From Haplodiscus bocki (taxonomy: Eukaryota): 64,000 nt of DNA. The notes below the pieces were generated by a model. The model had not been told where the DNA came from and ran no database searches. It saw nothing but the letters and a program-made list of their open reading frames with translations. Both the position numbers and the translations under genes were made by a program. The DNA lies in contig OZ296659.1 of the NCBI GenBank assembly GCA_965655095.1, forward strand, positions 66,092,001-66,156,000, given 5' to 3'. Positions 36,316-49,719 of the stretch are shown one piece after another; position 1 is the first letter of the stretch; each line of letters begins with the position of its first letter.

Positions 36316-39300
36316 TGCGGATGTTCACTTTCAAGCGTTCATTACTGGACAAAACCTATTTTTTAAGTTAAGCAATGTAAAATGTAAAAATAATGTTGTT
36401 GTTTTGAAAATCAAAGAAATGATAAATATCGACAACATCAATTGGTAGCATCAACAAGTTTACCTCATCAAATCTGTTCCATAAATTTGATTAGGGGCCC
36501 AAGGCAGTCAATTTTCGTGCCTACAGTATGAATTGGTTTCGGAGGCGTAGAACTTGGGTTGAGTACTAATATTTGCATTGTTTGGACGATTTAGAGTTCG
36601 AACGACTGGGCCACTGGGCACCAGAAAGTAATACCAGTGTACTTTTCCTAGTTTTAGTCCATTGACTGATGGCGAAGCACAGCCACTCAGTCAACGCTTT
36701 TTGCTTGCTCGAATTAAGAAACCATTGGTATCCATTGATCCTTGTTCAAAGTTGGTAGACATTTGAGTACCGATTGTCAAGCTGGAAAAAAGCTGAACGG
36801 CTGAAATAACCGTTTTTTGCAAAGCAGACAGATTGACCAAATGTTGGATGTTACATCGAGACTTTGAAAAATTTCCAATCACCGGAGCATTCTATTGCAC
36901 CAGGAGATCTTCATGAAAAGTGGAACGTTATGACTTTCGATCGACGTTTTCAGGAGATTTGGAGAACAAGAAAAATACTTTTTCCACAAATTCTTCGATT
37001 AAGCTTTTGTCACTATGTTATATTTGAATTTCTCAAAAAAGTAGAATGTATAAAAATTCATTGCAATCAGTTTTAATATTTTCTAAATCTTGTGTAAAAT
37101 AAACAAGCGTGCACATCGTGTCCCCTAACCAAACCTCCTGAGACTACTTTCGAAAATTAAAAAATACTCAGGGCAAATGTTTCTTTATTTACACCTATTT
37201 TTGAGGATTTCCGGTCGGTACCACCACATGCAAGTACTGTTTTATTTTGGTAGGGTAGTAGTACTTCAAGTCTACTACTAAAATTGCAGAGACTGGAGCA
37301 CTGCCAACTATAAATGGAATTGAAAATTGATTTTGGCAGTTATGCGAAAAGAAGATTTTTCCGATTCTAATTGTTAATGCTCTCTGTTTTGTTTCAGTAC
37401 AGAGTCTGCTTAGTCAGGAATTTTTGCTGGAATTATGAGTAAATACAAATGTGTATTCCCTCTACACTGGTAAAACATACTGGAGATCAGGAAAGATGTG
37501 TGGTGTAGGATTTTTTGTTTTTTATTGCAGTTGGAAAGCAGTCTTCAGAGTTCTTCTGCAGTGCTAACAGTACTGTTTTATCATCCTGGTGCATGTTAAT
37601 TTGAATGCCTTTCACAGACAGTCATAGCTTGTGTTGTTCTTTTGTGAGCATAATATTTCGTGATTTCTGAGGAACACTTTTGTGACGTGTTTTGGTGTGG
37701 TTAAGTTTTGTTTTCGAATGGCTTATTTCTATTTTCTTGAGTAGTGATGGCTAATTTCCATCATCTCTGAATTATGTGTATTAAAGAAATCACTCTACAC
37801 TGTTTGGTATAAGTGCGCAGTGTCCAGATCACAATCAGGCATTAGTCGGTACTATAGACCATGCGGTAGTTACTATATCTTCGCGACAGGGGGATGCTAC
37901 ACTGGTTCCTTACCACTACTGGGCTCACGGCTTTCAATCAGCCACTGGCGGACCAGGACCTATTGGTTGAGGGTTGGAGATCGTGGCTATCGTGTGACGA
38001 AGTGTGGGCCCTTGCCCTCTTCTGTTGTCGTCGATGAATGATCTGTGAATATATCGTGTGGCGAAGTGAGGGCCCTTGCCTTCTTCTGTTGTCGTCGATG
38101 AAAATTGTAAAGATTTGTCTATCAAAATTGAAGAGAGATTCGAAGATAGTTTTAGACGTCGAACGTCGAATTATGAAGATACAAATATCAAGTTGAAGCT
38201 AAGCTGACAATTATATACTATCGAGGCGATGACTGATTTTTCGAAGAGATTTTCAAAATTAGAGAGAGATTCTGATCGAGAAAGGGAGACGTCTAACGTC
38301 AATTTTGCGACTGAGTTTCTCTTTTCAAAAATGGGTTGCTGAAACTGAGGTTGGCGATGCTGGTTTATATACTCTCTCCGGTGTGATCAATTTTCCGCTG
38401 GATTGGAATTGTTGTCCAGTTGGGTTCTTCTGGTGCAATTTTTGATAATTAATTTCGCCGAATGTAATTTGATTTCATTGAATATGTTGTAATTCTAGTC
38501 TGTCGTTAGGCCGTTGTTGTGGTGCGGTGGCCATCTCCAAGCGATTGTTACAACAACATTTTGATTGCATCATTTTAATTTTGAAGTGTTGTAATACTCC
38601 GTTGCAACTTTGATTTAATTGATTTCTTGCTTGAAGAGTCAAGACTAGGAGAATGGTTGGTATTCGGCATGAACAAGTGGCGTTGTTTGGATTTTCTGCC
38701 AGCGGCGTGATTACTTGTTCATTCATTGTTCATTTTCATCGAGCACCATCGGAGAGGTTAGTTCATCATTATTTATAATATAATATTAAGCATCGAAAAA
38801 GTTCAAGTTATTTCACGTTTGCGATAAGATATTTTGTTTTCTGATTGTCAGAATGTTTTGTTTTCTGATTGTCAGACTTTCAATGCTTCTAAAACCTCTG
38901 ATATACCGTTATCTTTTGATGGTGGGCATTTTTATTAATGCACAACAGTCTGGCAAGAGCTTTCTGAGAGCAATTTCAGGTGTTTTGAATCTATTTCGCA
39001 ATATTATTACCATTCAGAAGCAAACGCTTGTTTTTTTTCGTAAATGAGTTTATGCAGTTGGCCCCCTTGACATTGCATGCACTAAGGCAAAAAATTCTTT
39101 CGTGGCCATCAAAATTTCCTTTCAAAAACACTGTTGCAATTGGAAACTTTTTGTTGGTTGAAATATTGAATAAACGATCGGTTAACGTTTTCGCCATATT
39201 TGTGATACGGGAAGAAAATCATGCTTTGAAAGGGAACGTTTTTTCCAACCAATTTGCCAATTGTATTCACACTTGTTCACGTTTTTCACCAATTTAAAAC

Positions 39301-39970
39301 ACATTTGCCGTAGAATTCAACTGAAATGGTAGGATTTGTCAAAATGTTCAAAATTTAGTTTTTTTTTTGAAAAAAAAGATGGGGATTTTCCAGAAAAACT
39401 TCAGTTTTTTAGAAATCGGAAAAGGTGGCAAAATTGCAGTAGAATGCGTAACAAAACGTAATTTTCCAAAAATGTTTTTTCCGTATTAATTATGAGGTTT
39501 TTCTGGCAAAAAAAAACAAAAATTTCAGAAGTGGAAAAATTAGAAAACCTGATAATGAAGAATGTTGTTTCGAAAAAAAAATGTTTTCATCTTCTCAAAA
39601 GCCTTCTGTACAAAAATGGGAAGGCGGAAAAAATGCCGGTGGTAGCCGACCATCTTCTCTTATTCCTTATCTTTTGAAACTACAGCCATTCCCATGACAA
39701 ATGCCCGGGCTGAACTCTGTAACAAAAAACTTCTGCAACAAGAGCACATTGCTGGACGAAAAAAGACGAGAAAAGTGCCCGGTAACTCGTAGCAAAACAA
39801 CGGCAGCTACCGGCGTTTCGTGGTAAAACTTCGACGTTTGAAGATTTCTTTACATTTTACTTTGATTGTGTTTTCCTTCAAAAAGCGCTTCTGTGATGTG
39901 TATTATGCTTTTCAGATCAACACAGTGTCGGACTGAAGCATGGCCGTACCAGAAGTGGTACCAAGCTCAA
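36243..39970 (+). repeat. Near-identical segmental duplicate B (copy of 44846-49071)
   Basis: Identical ORF-track peptides at offsets 8603 then 9101/9102; only a few substitutions seen plus a ~498-bp indel. Confidence 0.97.
37868..38760 (-). mobile_element. Possible 3' end/LTR remnant of a retroelement ending ...AGTAACT
   Basis: Terminus AGTTACT at 37868 (46471 in the duplicate); a two-copy tandem repeat of ~63-bp period (tatcgtgtg.cgaagtg.gggcccttgcc...); the longer version is at 46471-47860. Confidence 0.3.
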
Positions 39971-40498
39971 TGTTGAGGTATGATTTCGGATGCCGTGAGA
40001 TACTCGTTCCCTGTACCAACCGAGTCAACTCCTCAAGCTGGCGAGTTGGAGGAACGATAAGCCCTCTATTTTGTTCGTTGACGGCCTCCTGTGTCAACAT
40101 CTGAATTTCTCGGGTTTCTCTTTCGACTTTTGCTAATGAACTTTTGTTGGAGTCTTCCTCTGTGCTACCGTGATTGTTCAATTTGCGTTCGATTGATGCT
40201 TGATAGCGTTTTCTCTTCCTAAGTTCTCTGTAGTCGTTGGATTGAGGCATCCAAGTTTCAACTCTTGAATTTCATTACGGTATGTTTGATGTTCGGTGCT
40301 CGTACAAGGTGGCAAAATTTTAGCGGGTTTTACAAATCAAGTGACGAGAAGCGATGTAAACTAAATACAAGCGAAACAAGTTTGGATCAGAGCACTATTA
40401 ATTCTCAAGGTACGTGGTTGTTCAGGTAAGCGCGAGGGGTGTTACGGATTGCGCTCAGTTAATGCCGGTGACCTGTGGATTTGCGTGGTCCCGTGACA
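39926..40498 (-). mobile_element. Solo LTR-like element, family B (573 bp), with internal ORF MPQSNDYRELRKRK...
   Basis: TGTCA...CCGACA termini; ORF from 40250 runs off the end; no TSD detected. Confidence 0.7.
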
Positions 40499-42084
40499 GA
40501 CGGTAGGACTAATTCCTACCATCGGAGTTTTCTCGTTGGTTCTTTGCCGATATCAGTAAAAAGTCAGTTAGGTTTTGAAACGCAAACCCACTGCAACTGT
40601 CGGGGCAACGAACACATGACATGGCAATTATGCAAATATGTTGCAGTATAATTGCAAAAGTCCATTATAGCGAAATATAACAAATCAAATAAGAGAAACA
40701 CCTCACCTGAATAGAAAGTAGAGAATCCGCATTTTTTCAGCATTTTTTTAAGGTCTCAATTGTAGAACTGCGTTATGAACAAACCATTTCATTTTTCATC
40801 GGCTTTCATCGTTCCATCTGTATCTACTCTTATTAATTGTCAATAAATGAGTGTCAGCTAGGTTTTAGTCTCGATGGAGTCCGATGTTATTTGCTAAAGT
40901 AAGTCCAAACCTCTATGTAGTTCGTAAAATTTTGAATTAGTTTGACACTGCAAAATATCGATAGATGAAGACAAAATCAAATGCTGACACCACTTGCCGT
41001 TAAAAATCAGTCACATTGTGTCACAGCTTTTGTTCTGTTGATGAAAAAGGATGTACCTTAAACAGTCTGTTAGTCAATAAGAGTGTTTTTCATCATTCGG
41101 ATGAAAACCGATGAAATAAAAAATGCTGCAAAGCGACAGAGTCATAGGTTTACACAGGTCAGATGTAAACCGAGGGAAATTGTTTCGTCCACTAAATCAT
41201 TCCGTTGTTACTTACAGGTTTGTATATACTCACCAAAATCACAATACTTACCAATATCATTACTTAATCTCTGGTGCATTACGTTCTACTATGTCTCTCA
41301 TTTAGAACGAAAAAATAGAAGGAAACATCATTCAAGTGTTTTCAGATGAAAAATATATTCGGCGTCTCATATTATCCTATTAGTCTAGCCGCTACAAAGA
41401 GGGCACTTGAAGTAGCTTGCAATATTCCAGTTGGCGCATTCCGAAATCTTTTTTGCTAGTCTTTCTTTCTTTTGAGCCGGCACCGGAATCTGTCGTTTTT
41501 CATCGAATTGTTCAACCACAATGTCTATGGTTGGATAGTGATGTTTATCTATGCTCAGCGATACTTTCTACATGAGACACTTTGTTATTTACATAATACA
41601 TATATCGCGTTCATACCGGGGGAACAGAAGTAAGAGAACATATTTTCATTCATACTTCTATGCCTTTTTGGCTACAGAAAATAATTTTGGATCTTAGTTG
41701 TGAAAATGGCTTCTTACCTATAAAACATACCGTAACATTAGGGATATGTAGATACCTCATATTTGCCTCAAGCGGGCATGACACTTCCTGGGTGCTTCTT
41801 CTGAAACTGGATTGCGGGCGCAATGTGCAGAGGTGCTGCTTTATGCATCGCACTTAGAGCTGTCTTTCGTTAGTCCGGGGAATCTTGGTTTTTCTTCGTT
41901 GGTTGCTGATGATTTTTCATCGCTACTTTTCCTTCGTTCGTTGTTGATGACTGTTCATCGTTTCTTCTCTTTTGTTCTGGGAGTGGCCCCGCACGCATCC
42001 ATTGTCTTATTTGTTGGTACTAGTCGGCTTATCGTGTTCTCGCTGAGCACGGCAATTCAAATTTCAAGAAGCCCCTTTTTTCTT

Positions 42085-44918
42085 CCACTGGATGAAGAAA
42101 ACAAAATGAAAAAAAGTTGAATTTTTGTTTAAAAACACAAGTAAACGTATTATATTCAACTGAAGAAGATGAACAACATTGGGGACATAAAAATACTTGT
42201 CAGTTTTTTTGAAAAAAAATTCTCGTAAGGTTAGAAATCATTGTCACTTAACAGGAAAAAATAGAGGAACAGCTCATCAAAAATGTAATTTTAACGTTAT
42301 ACAGAAACAAAGTACTTTTTTTCATCTGTCTTTGATAATTTATGTGTTTATGATTGTCATCTTTTCTTTAAACAGTCTGTTGATGATAGGAAAGATTCTG
42401 TAGGTTTTGATATTTTTTCCAACACAAACGAAGCATACACATCAGTAACGTAGAGTTGCATTAGGTTTATTGATAATTATCGATTGCTATCAAGCAGTTT
42501 AGAATACTTAGTTGAAACGCATTTTGATAACAAATATAAAAAACATTAAAAAGTTTGATAGAAGAAATTGCTGGAGATGGTATTATTTTGAATATTGTTT
42601 TTGAAAAAGAATCAATAATTAGTACAGATGGAACTATTGAAGATTTTAATAAAAAGATTATCAAGATGTAATTGAAAAATTGAAAGAGGTTTCAAATTTA
42701 TACAAATTTGAAAATGATCTGAGAAGTTTGAGAATAAAATTCCCTGATAAAGGGGAACATATCAACAAGAAATTAGCAGATCTTTAAGAAAACTTCAAAA
42801 GTATCGGAGATTATCACAAACCTGTTAGCAATTTAGAAAAAGAAGAAATCTTCAGTGAATTAAGAAACAACTGTCGTAGTGATGAAGAAATAGAACGGAC
42901 AAAAGCAGTTTTTATATTATTTTTTTAGTTATTATTCAAGATGGAGAAAAGGTAACAAAAATACACTTAAAAAGAGATGTTATTTTCCTTACATGTGTTT
43001 TTGAGAAGTTTATAAAAGTATCAGAAATCCAACTTGAATTCAATCCTTTCAATTGTGTAAGCTCACCTGGCTTACCTTAATATGTTGATTGAAAAATAGT
43101 GGTATAAACTTACAAACACTTCGAAGTAAAGAAACACTTTTGTTGTTAGAGAATAGTATACGAGTGGGAATTTCATCAGTATTGGTTGATAGATATGTGA
43201 GATCAGATAAAAAACTTATTACAAAGAGATGCTACGATGTAATAGGGTTGAACTAAGAACGAATCCCTACCTTATGATGAAATTAAAAATGATAAAAATG
43301 TTAATTTAGAAGATATTAAAAACTCCTGATGATTCGTTTATTGGTTCCATCGTTGAAGTTGTTTTAAGAAATCCAGATGAATTAAAGGAAGAAACTGAGA
43401 ACTTTCCTTTTTGTCCTGAGGAAAAAGTTAGTCCGCAAGATAATTTTAGTGATTATATGAACGAGAAGAAACCGAATAAAAACACACAAACTACGGAGTG
43501 TTTTCGTATTAATTATAATTTCCAGTAACATTATCAAAGACTTACAAACTCTCAATGATTTTTTTGACCTGAGCAATTTAAAAAAAATCATGATTTTTAA
43601 AGTTTTAGAAACGAGAAAGCGATTGGTAAACTCGAAAGAGAAACTCCTAAGAAGTTTCTGTAGATGATATTTCTTGTTTAAGAAGTAGAGCATATTCAAT
43701 TAAAAGTGGAAGTGATAGTAAAAAGAAACTAAAAGTTTCTCTAAATCTCATTCGGGAAAGCTAAATTTGATGAAAGTGAAAGTTGTGTATTTAGATGAGA
43801 TTACCAAAAGGAATGGGATATTTATATTATCGAATCAATTAATCATGAAATGTCCCTTCAAAGAGTACGTGAATCTACAATATCAGCTTTTACTGACAAA
43901 CGATGTTATGTAATTGGATTTGAAAGTATAGCTTGGAAGTGGAAACTAATAAAAGGTTAAAAAAGCAAAAAAAAACATAAATTTGAAAAAACTAGAAACT
44001 TCAAAAAACAAAATAAAATCTAAAAACCATGTTTTACGGGGGAAAAGAAATTCGAGATATTATGATACAAATTTAACTCATAATAACAACAAAAACTCCC
44101 GTGACCAACTTTCTACGTGAGTGACTTTTGGTTCTGTCAGCCTGCTGTTATATGTTATTCAGAAAATTTTATATGAAAACGATCTTGCATAGTAAATATC
44201 TTTATAGTTTTTGAGTTTTCAAGTTTTTACTGTTCCTGTGTATTCCTCCTGATGCACACTTCTGAACAAAATTTTGTAAAAATAACTTTTCTCAACAAGT
44301 TTTTCAAAGACTTCGCCTGCCAAATTTCAAGTCCATGCAAGCACTCCTGGCGTTAGTGACCCATCTGTACCAAGTTAATGGCAAGACAGTTCCTCTCGGA
44401 AAATCACACTATTGCAATGTATGACACATGCTGGGGATACGTGTTAGTAAGGAGTGAACCCCAGACACTCCAGCTGAGCCTTAACTTCTATCGTTGTCAT
44501 TCATGTATCATTCAACAAGCTGGAGGCGAGTTGAAGAGGTAGAAACTAGAATATAAATAAAACATAAGTATGTGGTAGTGTCAATATTCCAATCTCGCAT
44601 AGACGTAGAAATACACGTGCAAATTCATTTTACCATTGCTTCCACAGTATTGTTATCGAAGAATTTTCCATAATCTGGAAAAAAACGGGTCAGTTAGGTT
44701 TTTTTAGTGATATTTCATCATTCCTTTGTACGTCCATTGATTTAGTATACTTTTGCATACTTTTTGTAATTTCCTGTGTACCCCCATTGACGTAAAATGT
44801 TTATTAAAATTTTACGACTGCGTCCTATTAAGTTTTTTTTTATAATTCTTTCGGCAGCAGTTTTATTGGACGTAGTGCGTCGTCGCGTCTGGCCTCAAAA
44901 GCGAATATTGTAACTACT
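42085..44918 (+). mobile_element. Polinton fragment D: pPolB 3' half + complete right TIR
   Basis: KVRNHCHLTGKNRGTAHQKCN; homologous to 33770-36315; ends ACTACT at 44913-44918; ~0.5-kb deletion near 43495 removes motif B. Confidence 0.92.
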
Positions 44919-47900
44919 TGCGGATGTTCACTTTCAAGCGTTCATTACTGGACAAAACCTATTTTTTAAGTTAAGCAATGTAAAATGTAAAAATAATGTT
45001 GTTGTTTTGAAAATCAAAGAAATGATAAATATCGACAACATCAATTGGTAGCATCAACAAGTTTACCTCATCAAATCTGTTCCATAAATTTGATTAGGGG
45101 CCCAAGGCAGTCAATTTTCGTGCCTACAGTATGAATTGGTTTCGGAGGCGTAGAACTTGGGTTGAGTACTAATATTTGCATTGTTTGGACGATTTAGAGT
45201 TCGAACGACTGGGCCACTGGGCACCAGAAAGTAATACCAGTGTACTTTTCCTAGTTTTAGTCCATTGACTGATGGCGAAGCACAGCCACTCAGTCAACGC
45301 TTTTTGCTTGCTCGAATTAAGAAACCATTGGTATCCATTGATCCTTGTTCAAAGTTGGTAGACATTTGAGTACCGATTGTCAAGCTGGAAAAAAGCTGAA
45401 CGGCTGAAATAACCGTTTTTTGCAAAGCAGACAGATTGACCAAATGTTGGATGTTACATCGAGACTTTGAAAAATTTCCAATCACCGGAGCATTCTATTG
45501 CACCAGGAGATCTTCATGAAAAGTGGAACGTTATGACTTTCGATCGACGTTTTCAGGAGATTTGGAGAACAAGAAAAATACTTTTTCCACAAATTCTTCG
45601 ATTAAGCTTTTGTCACTATGTTATATTTGAATTTCTCAAAAAAGTAGAATGTATAAAAATTCATTGCAATCAGTTTTAATATTTTCTAAATCTTGTGTAA
45701 AATAAACAAGCGTGCACATCGTGTCCCCTAACCAAACCTCCTGAGACTACTTTCGAAAATTAAAAAATACTCAAGGCAAATGTTTCTTTATTTACACCTA
45801 TTTTTGAGGATTTCCGGTCGGTACCACCACATGCAAGTACTGTTTTATTTTGGTAGGGTAGTAGTACTTCAAGTCTACTACTAAAATTGCAGAGACTGGA
45901 GCACTGCCAACTATAAATGGAATTGAAAATTGATTTTGGCAGTTATGCGAAAAGAAGATTTTTCCGATTCTAATTGTTAATGCTCTCTGTTTTGTTTCAG
46001 TACAGAGTCTGCTTAGTCAGGAATTTTTGCTGGAATTATGAGTAAATACAAATGTGTATTCCCTCTACACTGGTAAAACATACTGGAGATCAGGAAAGAT
46101 GTGTGGTGTAGGATTTTTTGTTTTTTATTGCAGTTGGAAAGCAGTCTTCAGAGTTCTTCTGCAGTGCTAACAGTACTGTTTTATCATCCTGGTGCATGTT
46201 AATTTGAATGCCTTTCACAGACAGTCATAGCTTGTGTTGTTCTTTTGTGAGCATAATATTTCGTGATTTCTGAGGAACACTTTTGTGACGTGTTTTGGTG
46301 TGGTTAAGTTTTGTTTTCGAATGGCTTATTTCTATTTTCTTGAGTAGTGATGGCTAATTTCCATCATCTCTGAATTATGTGTATTAAAGAAATCACTCTA
46401 CACTGTTTGGTATAAGTGCGCAGTGTCCAGATCACAATCAGGCATTAGTCGGTACTATAGACCATGCGGTAGTTACTATATCTTCGCGACAGGGGGATGC
46501 TACACTGGTTCCTTACCACTACTGGGCTCACGGCTTTCAATCAGCCACTGGCGGACCAGGACCTAAGCGGGCTTCTACTTATATTGGTCCGCCCAATATA
46601 GGGTAATTTCAATAATAGTTACTATCAACTCTATGCAAACGAGTTGTTTCTTTGTTTTTCAATCCTTTCAAAAATCTAAATTCTATGACTTCTATTACTG
46701 GTGGTGGTGGTTCTTGTTCTGACTTTCTATCTCTTCAAAATTCAGCAAGCTCTGAACAAACTTCATTGTCTTTGGTTTTCTTTCGAATGCGTGTTTCTGG
46801 TTCTCGTCACTTATATAGTTTATTAGTAGTGAGCCTGGAAATACTCTACTACTATTGAATGGAAAAAGTAGTTTTAACTACTTTTGGGGTTACGGAAAAG
46901 GTATTTGTTTAAAGCTTGCTGTATAAAAGGTGAAAAGAAACAAATTTATGAAGTTGGTTGAATACTTTCTTTTTCGCTTTCGATATTTTTAAAGCAAATA
47001 ATTTTTACAGAAAATTATATATTATTTTCATTTGAACTCACGACATGATGCTGATCTTGAGAATTGATTGAGGGTTGGAGATCGTGGCTATCGTGTGACG
47101 AAGTGAGGGCCCTTGCCTTCTTCTGTTGTCGTCGATGAATGATCTGTGAATATATCGTGTGGCGAAGTGAGGGCCCTTGCCTTCTTCTGTTGTCGTCGAT
47201 GAAAATTGTAAAGATTTGTCTATCAAAATTGAAGAGAGATTCGAAGATAGTTTTAGACGTCGAACGTCGAATTATGAAGATACAAATATCAAGATGAAGC
47301 TAAGCTGACAATTATATACTATCGAGGCGATGACTGATTTTTCGAAGAAATTTTCAAAATTAGAGAGAGATTCTGATCGAGAAAGGGAGACGTCTAACGT
47401 CAATTTTGCGACTGAGTTTCTCTTTTCAAAAATGGGTTGCTGAAACTGAGGTTGGCGATGCTGGTTTATATACTCTCTCCGGTGTGATCAATTTTCCGCT
47501 GGATTGGAATTGTTGTCCAGTTGGGTTCTTCTGGTGCAATTTTTGATAATTAATTTCGCCGAATGTAATTTGATTTCATTGAATATGTTGTAATTCTAGT
47601 CTGTCGTTAGGCCGTTGTTGTGGTGCGGTGGCCATCTCCAAGCGATTGTTACAACAACATTTTGATTGCATCATTTTAATTTTGAAGTGTTGTAATACTC
47701 CGTTGCAACTTTGATTTAATTGATTTCTTGCTTGAAGAGTCAAGACTAGGAGAATGGTTGGTATTCGGCATGAACAAGTGGCGTTGTTTGGATTTTCTGC
47801 CAGCGGCGTGATTACTTGTTCATTCATTGTTCATTTTCATCGAGCACCATCGGAGAGGTTAGTTCATCATTATTTATAATATAATATTAAGCATCGAAAA

Positions 47901-49071
47901 AGTTCAAGTTATTTCACGTTTGCGATAAGATATTTTGTTTTCTGATTGTCAGAATGTTTTGTTTTCTGATTGTCAGACTTTCAATGCTTCTAAAACCTCT
48001 GATATACCGTTATCTTTTGATGGTGGGCATTTTTATTAATGCACAACAGTCTGGCAAGAGCTTTCTGAGAGCAATTTCAGGTGTTTTGAATCTATTTCGC
48101 AATATTATTACCATTCAGAAGCAAACGCTTGTTTTTTTTCGTAAATGAGTTTATGCAGTTGGCCCCCTTGACATTGCATGCACTAAGGCAAAAAATTCTT
48201 TCGTGGCCATCAAAATTTCCTTTCAAAAACACTGTTGCAATTGGAAACTTTTTGTTGGTTGAAATATTGAATAAACGATCGGTTAACGTTTTCGCCATAT
48301 TTGTGATACGGGAAGAAAATCATGCTTTGAAAGGGAACGTTTTTTCCAACCAATTTGCCAATTGTATTCACACTTGTTCACGTTTTTCACCAATTTAAAA
48401 CACATTTGCCGTAGAATTCAACTGAAATGGTAGGATTTGTCAAAATGTTCAAAATTTAGTTTTTTTTTTTGAAAAAAAAGATGGGGATTTTCCAGAAAAA
48501 CTTCAGTTTTTTAGAAATCGGAAAAGGTGGCAAAATTGCAGTAGAATGCGTAACAAAACGTAATTTTCCAAAAATGTTTTTTCCGTATTAATTATGAGGT
48601 TTTTCTGGCAAAAAAAAACAAAAATTTCAGAAGTGGAAAAATTAGAAAACCTGATAATGAAGAATGTTGTTTCGAAAAAAAAATGTTTTCATCTTCTCAA
48701 AAGCCTTCTGTACAAAAATGGGAAGGCGGAAAAAATGCCGGTGGTAGCCGACCATCTTCTCTTATTCCTTATCTTTTGAAACTACAGCCATTCCCATGAC
48801 AAATGCCCGGGCTGAACTCTGTAACAAAAAACTTCTGCAACAAGAGCACATTGCTGGACGAAAAAAGACGAGAAAAGTGCCCGGTAACTCGTAGCAAAAC
48901 AACGGCAGCTACCGGCGTTTCGTGGTAAAACTTCGACGTTTGAAGATTTCTTTACATTTTACTTTGATTGTGTTTTCCTTCAAAAAGCGCTTCTGTGATG
49001 TGTATTATGCTTTTCAGATCAACACAGTGTCGGACTGAAGCATGGCCGTACCAGAAGTGGTACCAAGCTCA
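44846..49071 (+). repeat. Near-identical segmental duplicate B'
   Basis: Matches 36243-39970 with an extra ~46565-47065. Confidence 0.97.
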
Positions 49072-49600
49072 GTGTTGAGGTATGATTTCGGATGCCGTGA
49101 GATACTCGTTCCCTGTACCAACCGAGTCAACGCCTCAAGCTGGCGAGTTGGAGGAACAATAAGCCATCTATTTTGTTCGTTAACGGCCTCCTGTGTCAAC
49201 GTCTGATAATCTCGGGTTTCTCCTTCGACTTTTGCTGATGAACTTTTGTTGGAGATTTCTTCTGTGCTACCGTGATTGTTCAATTTGCGTTCGATTGATG
49301 CTTGATAGGTTCTTCTCTTCCTAAGTTCTCTGTAGTCGTTCGATTGAAGCATCCAAGTTTCAACTCTTGAATTTCATTACGGTATGTTTGATGTTCGGTG
49401 CTCGTACAAGGTGGCAAAATTTTAGCGGGTTTTACAAATCAAGTGATGAGAAGCGATGTAAACCAAATACAAGCGAAACAAGTTTGGATCAGAGCACTAT
49501 TACTTCTCAAGGTACGTGACGGTTCAGGCAAGCGCGAGGGGTGTTACGGATTGCGCTCAGTTAATGCCGGGGACCGGCGGATTTGCGTGGTCACGTGACA
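49028..49600 (-). mobile_element. Solo LTR-like element, family B, copy 2 (573 bp)
   Basis: Same termini as 39926-40498; ORF 49014-49352 is homologous to 39912-40250. Confidence 0.7.
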
Positions 49601-49719
49601 GCTGGTAAGACTAATTCCTACCATCGGAGTCTTCTCGTTGGTTCTTTTGCGATATCAGTAAAAAAGTAATTAGGTTTTCAAACGCAAACTCACTGCAACT
49701 GTGGGGGCAACGACTACAT

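Noticed and set aside
19933-36321. 6-bp TSD for the Polinton
   Set aside because: Flanks CAAGGA vs TGCGGA match only 3/6, and the right flank belongs to the duplicated block.
36691-39677. Short ORFs repeated identically at 45-48 kb as conserved genes
   Set aside because: The identity reflects recent DNA duplication, not selection; no recognisable domains.
39921-40626. TSD for the family B LTR, or an alternative end at 40621
   Set aside because: The left flank CACAG matches neither GACGG nor TGGCA; the boundary was kept at 40498 on terminal similarity only.
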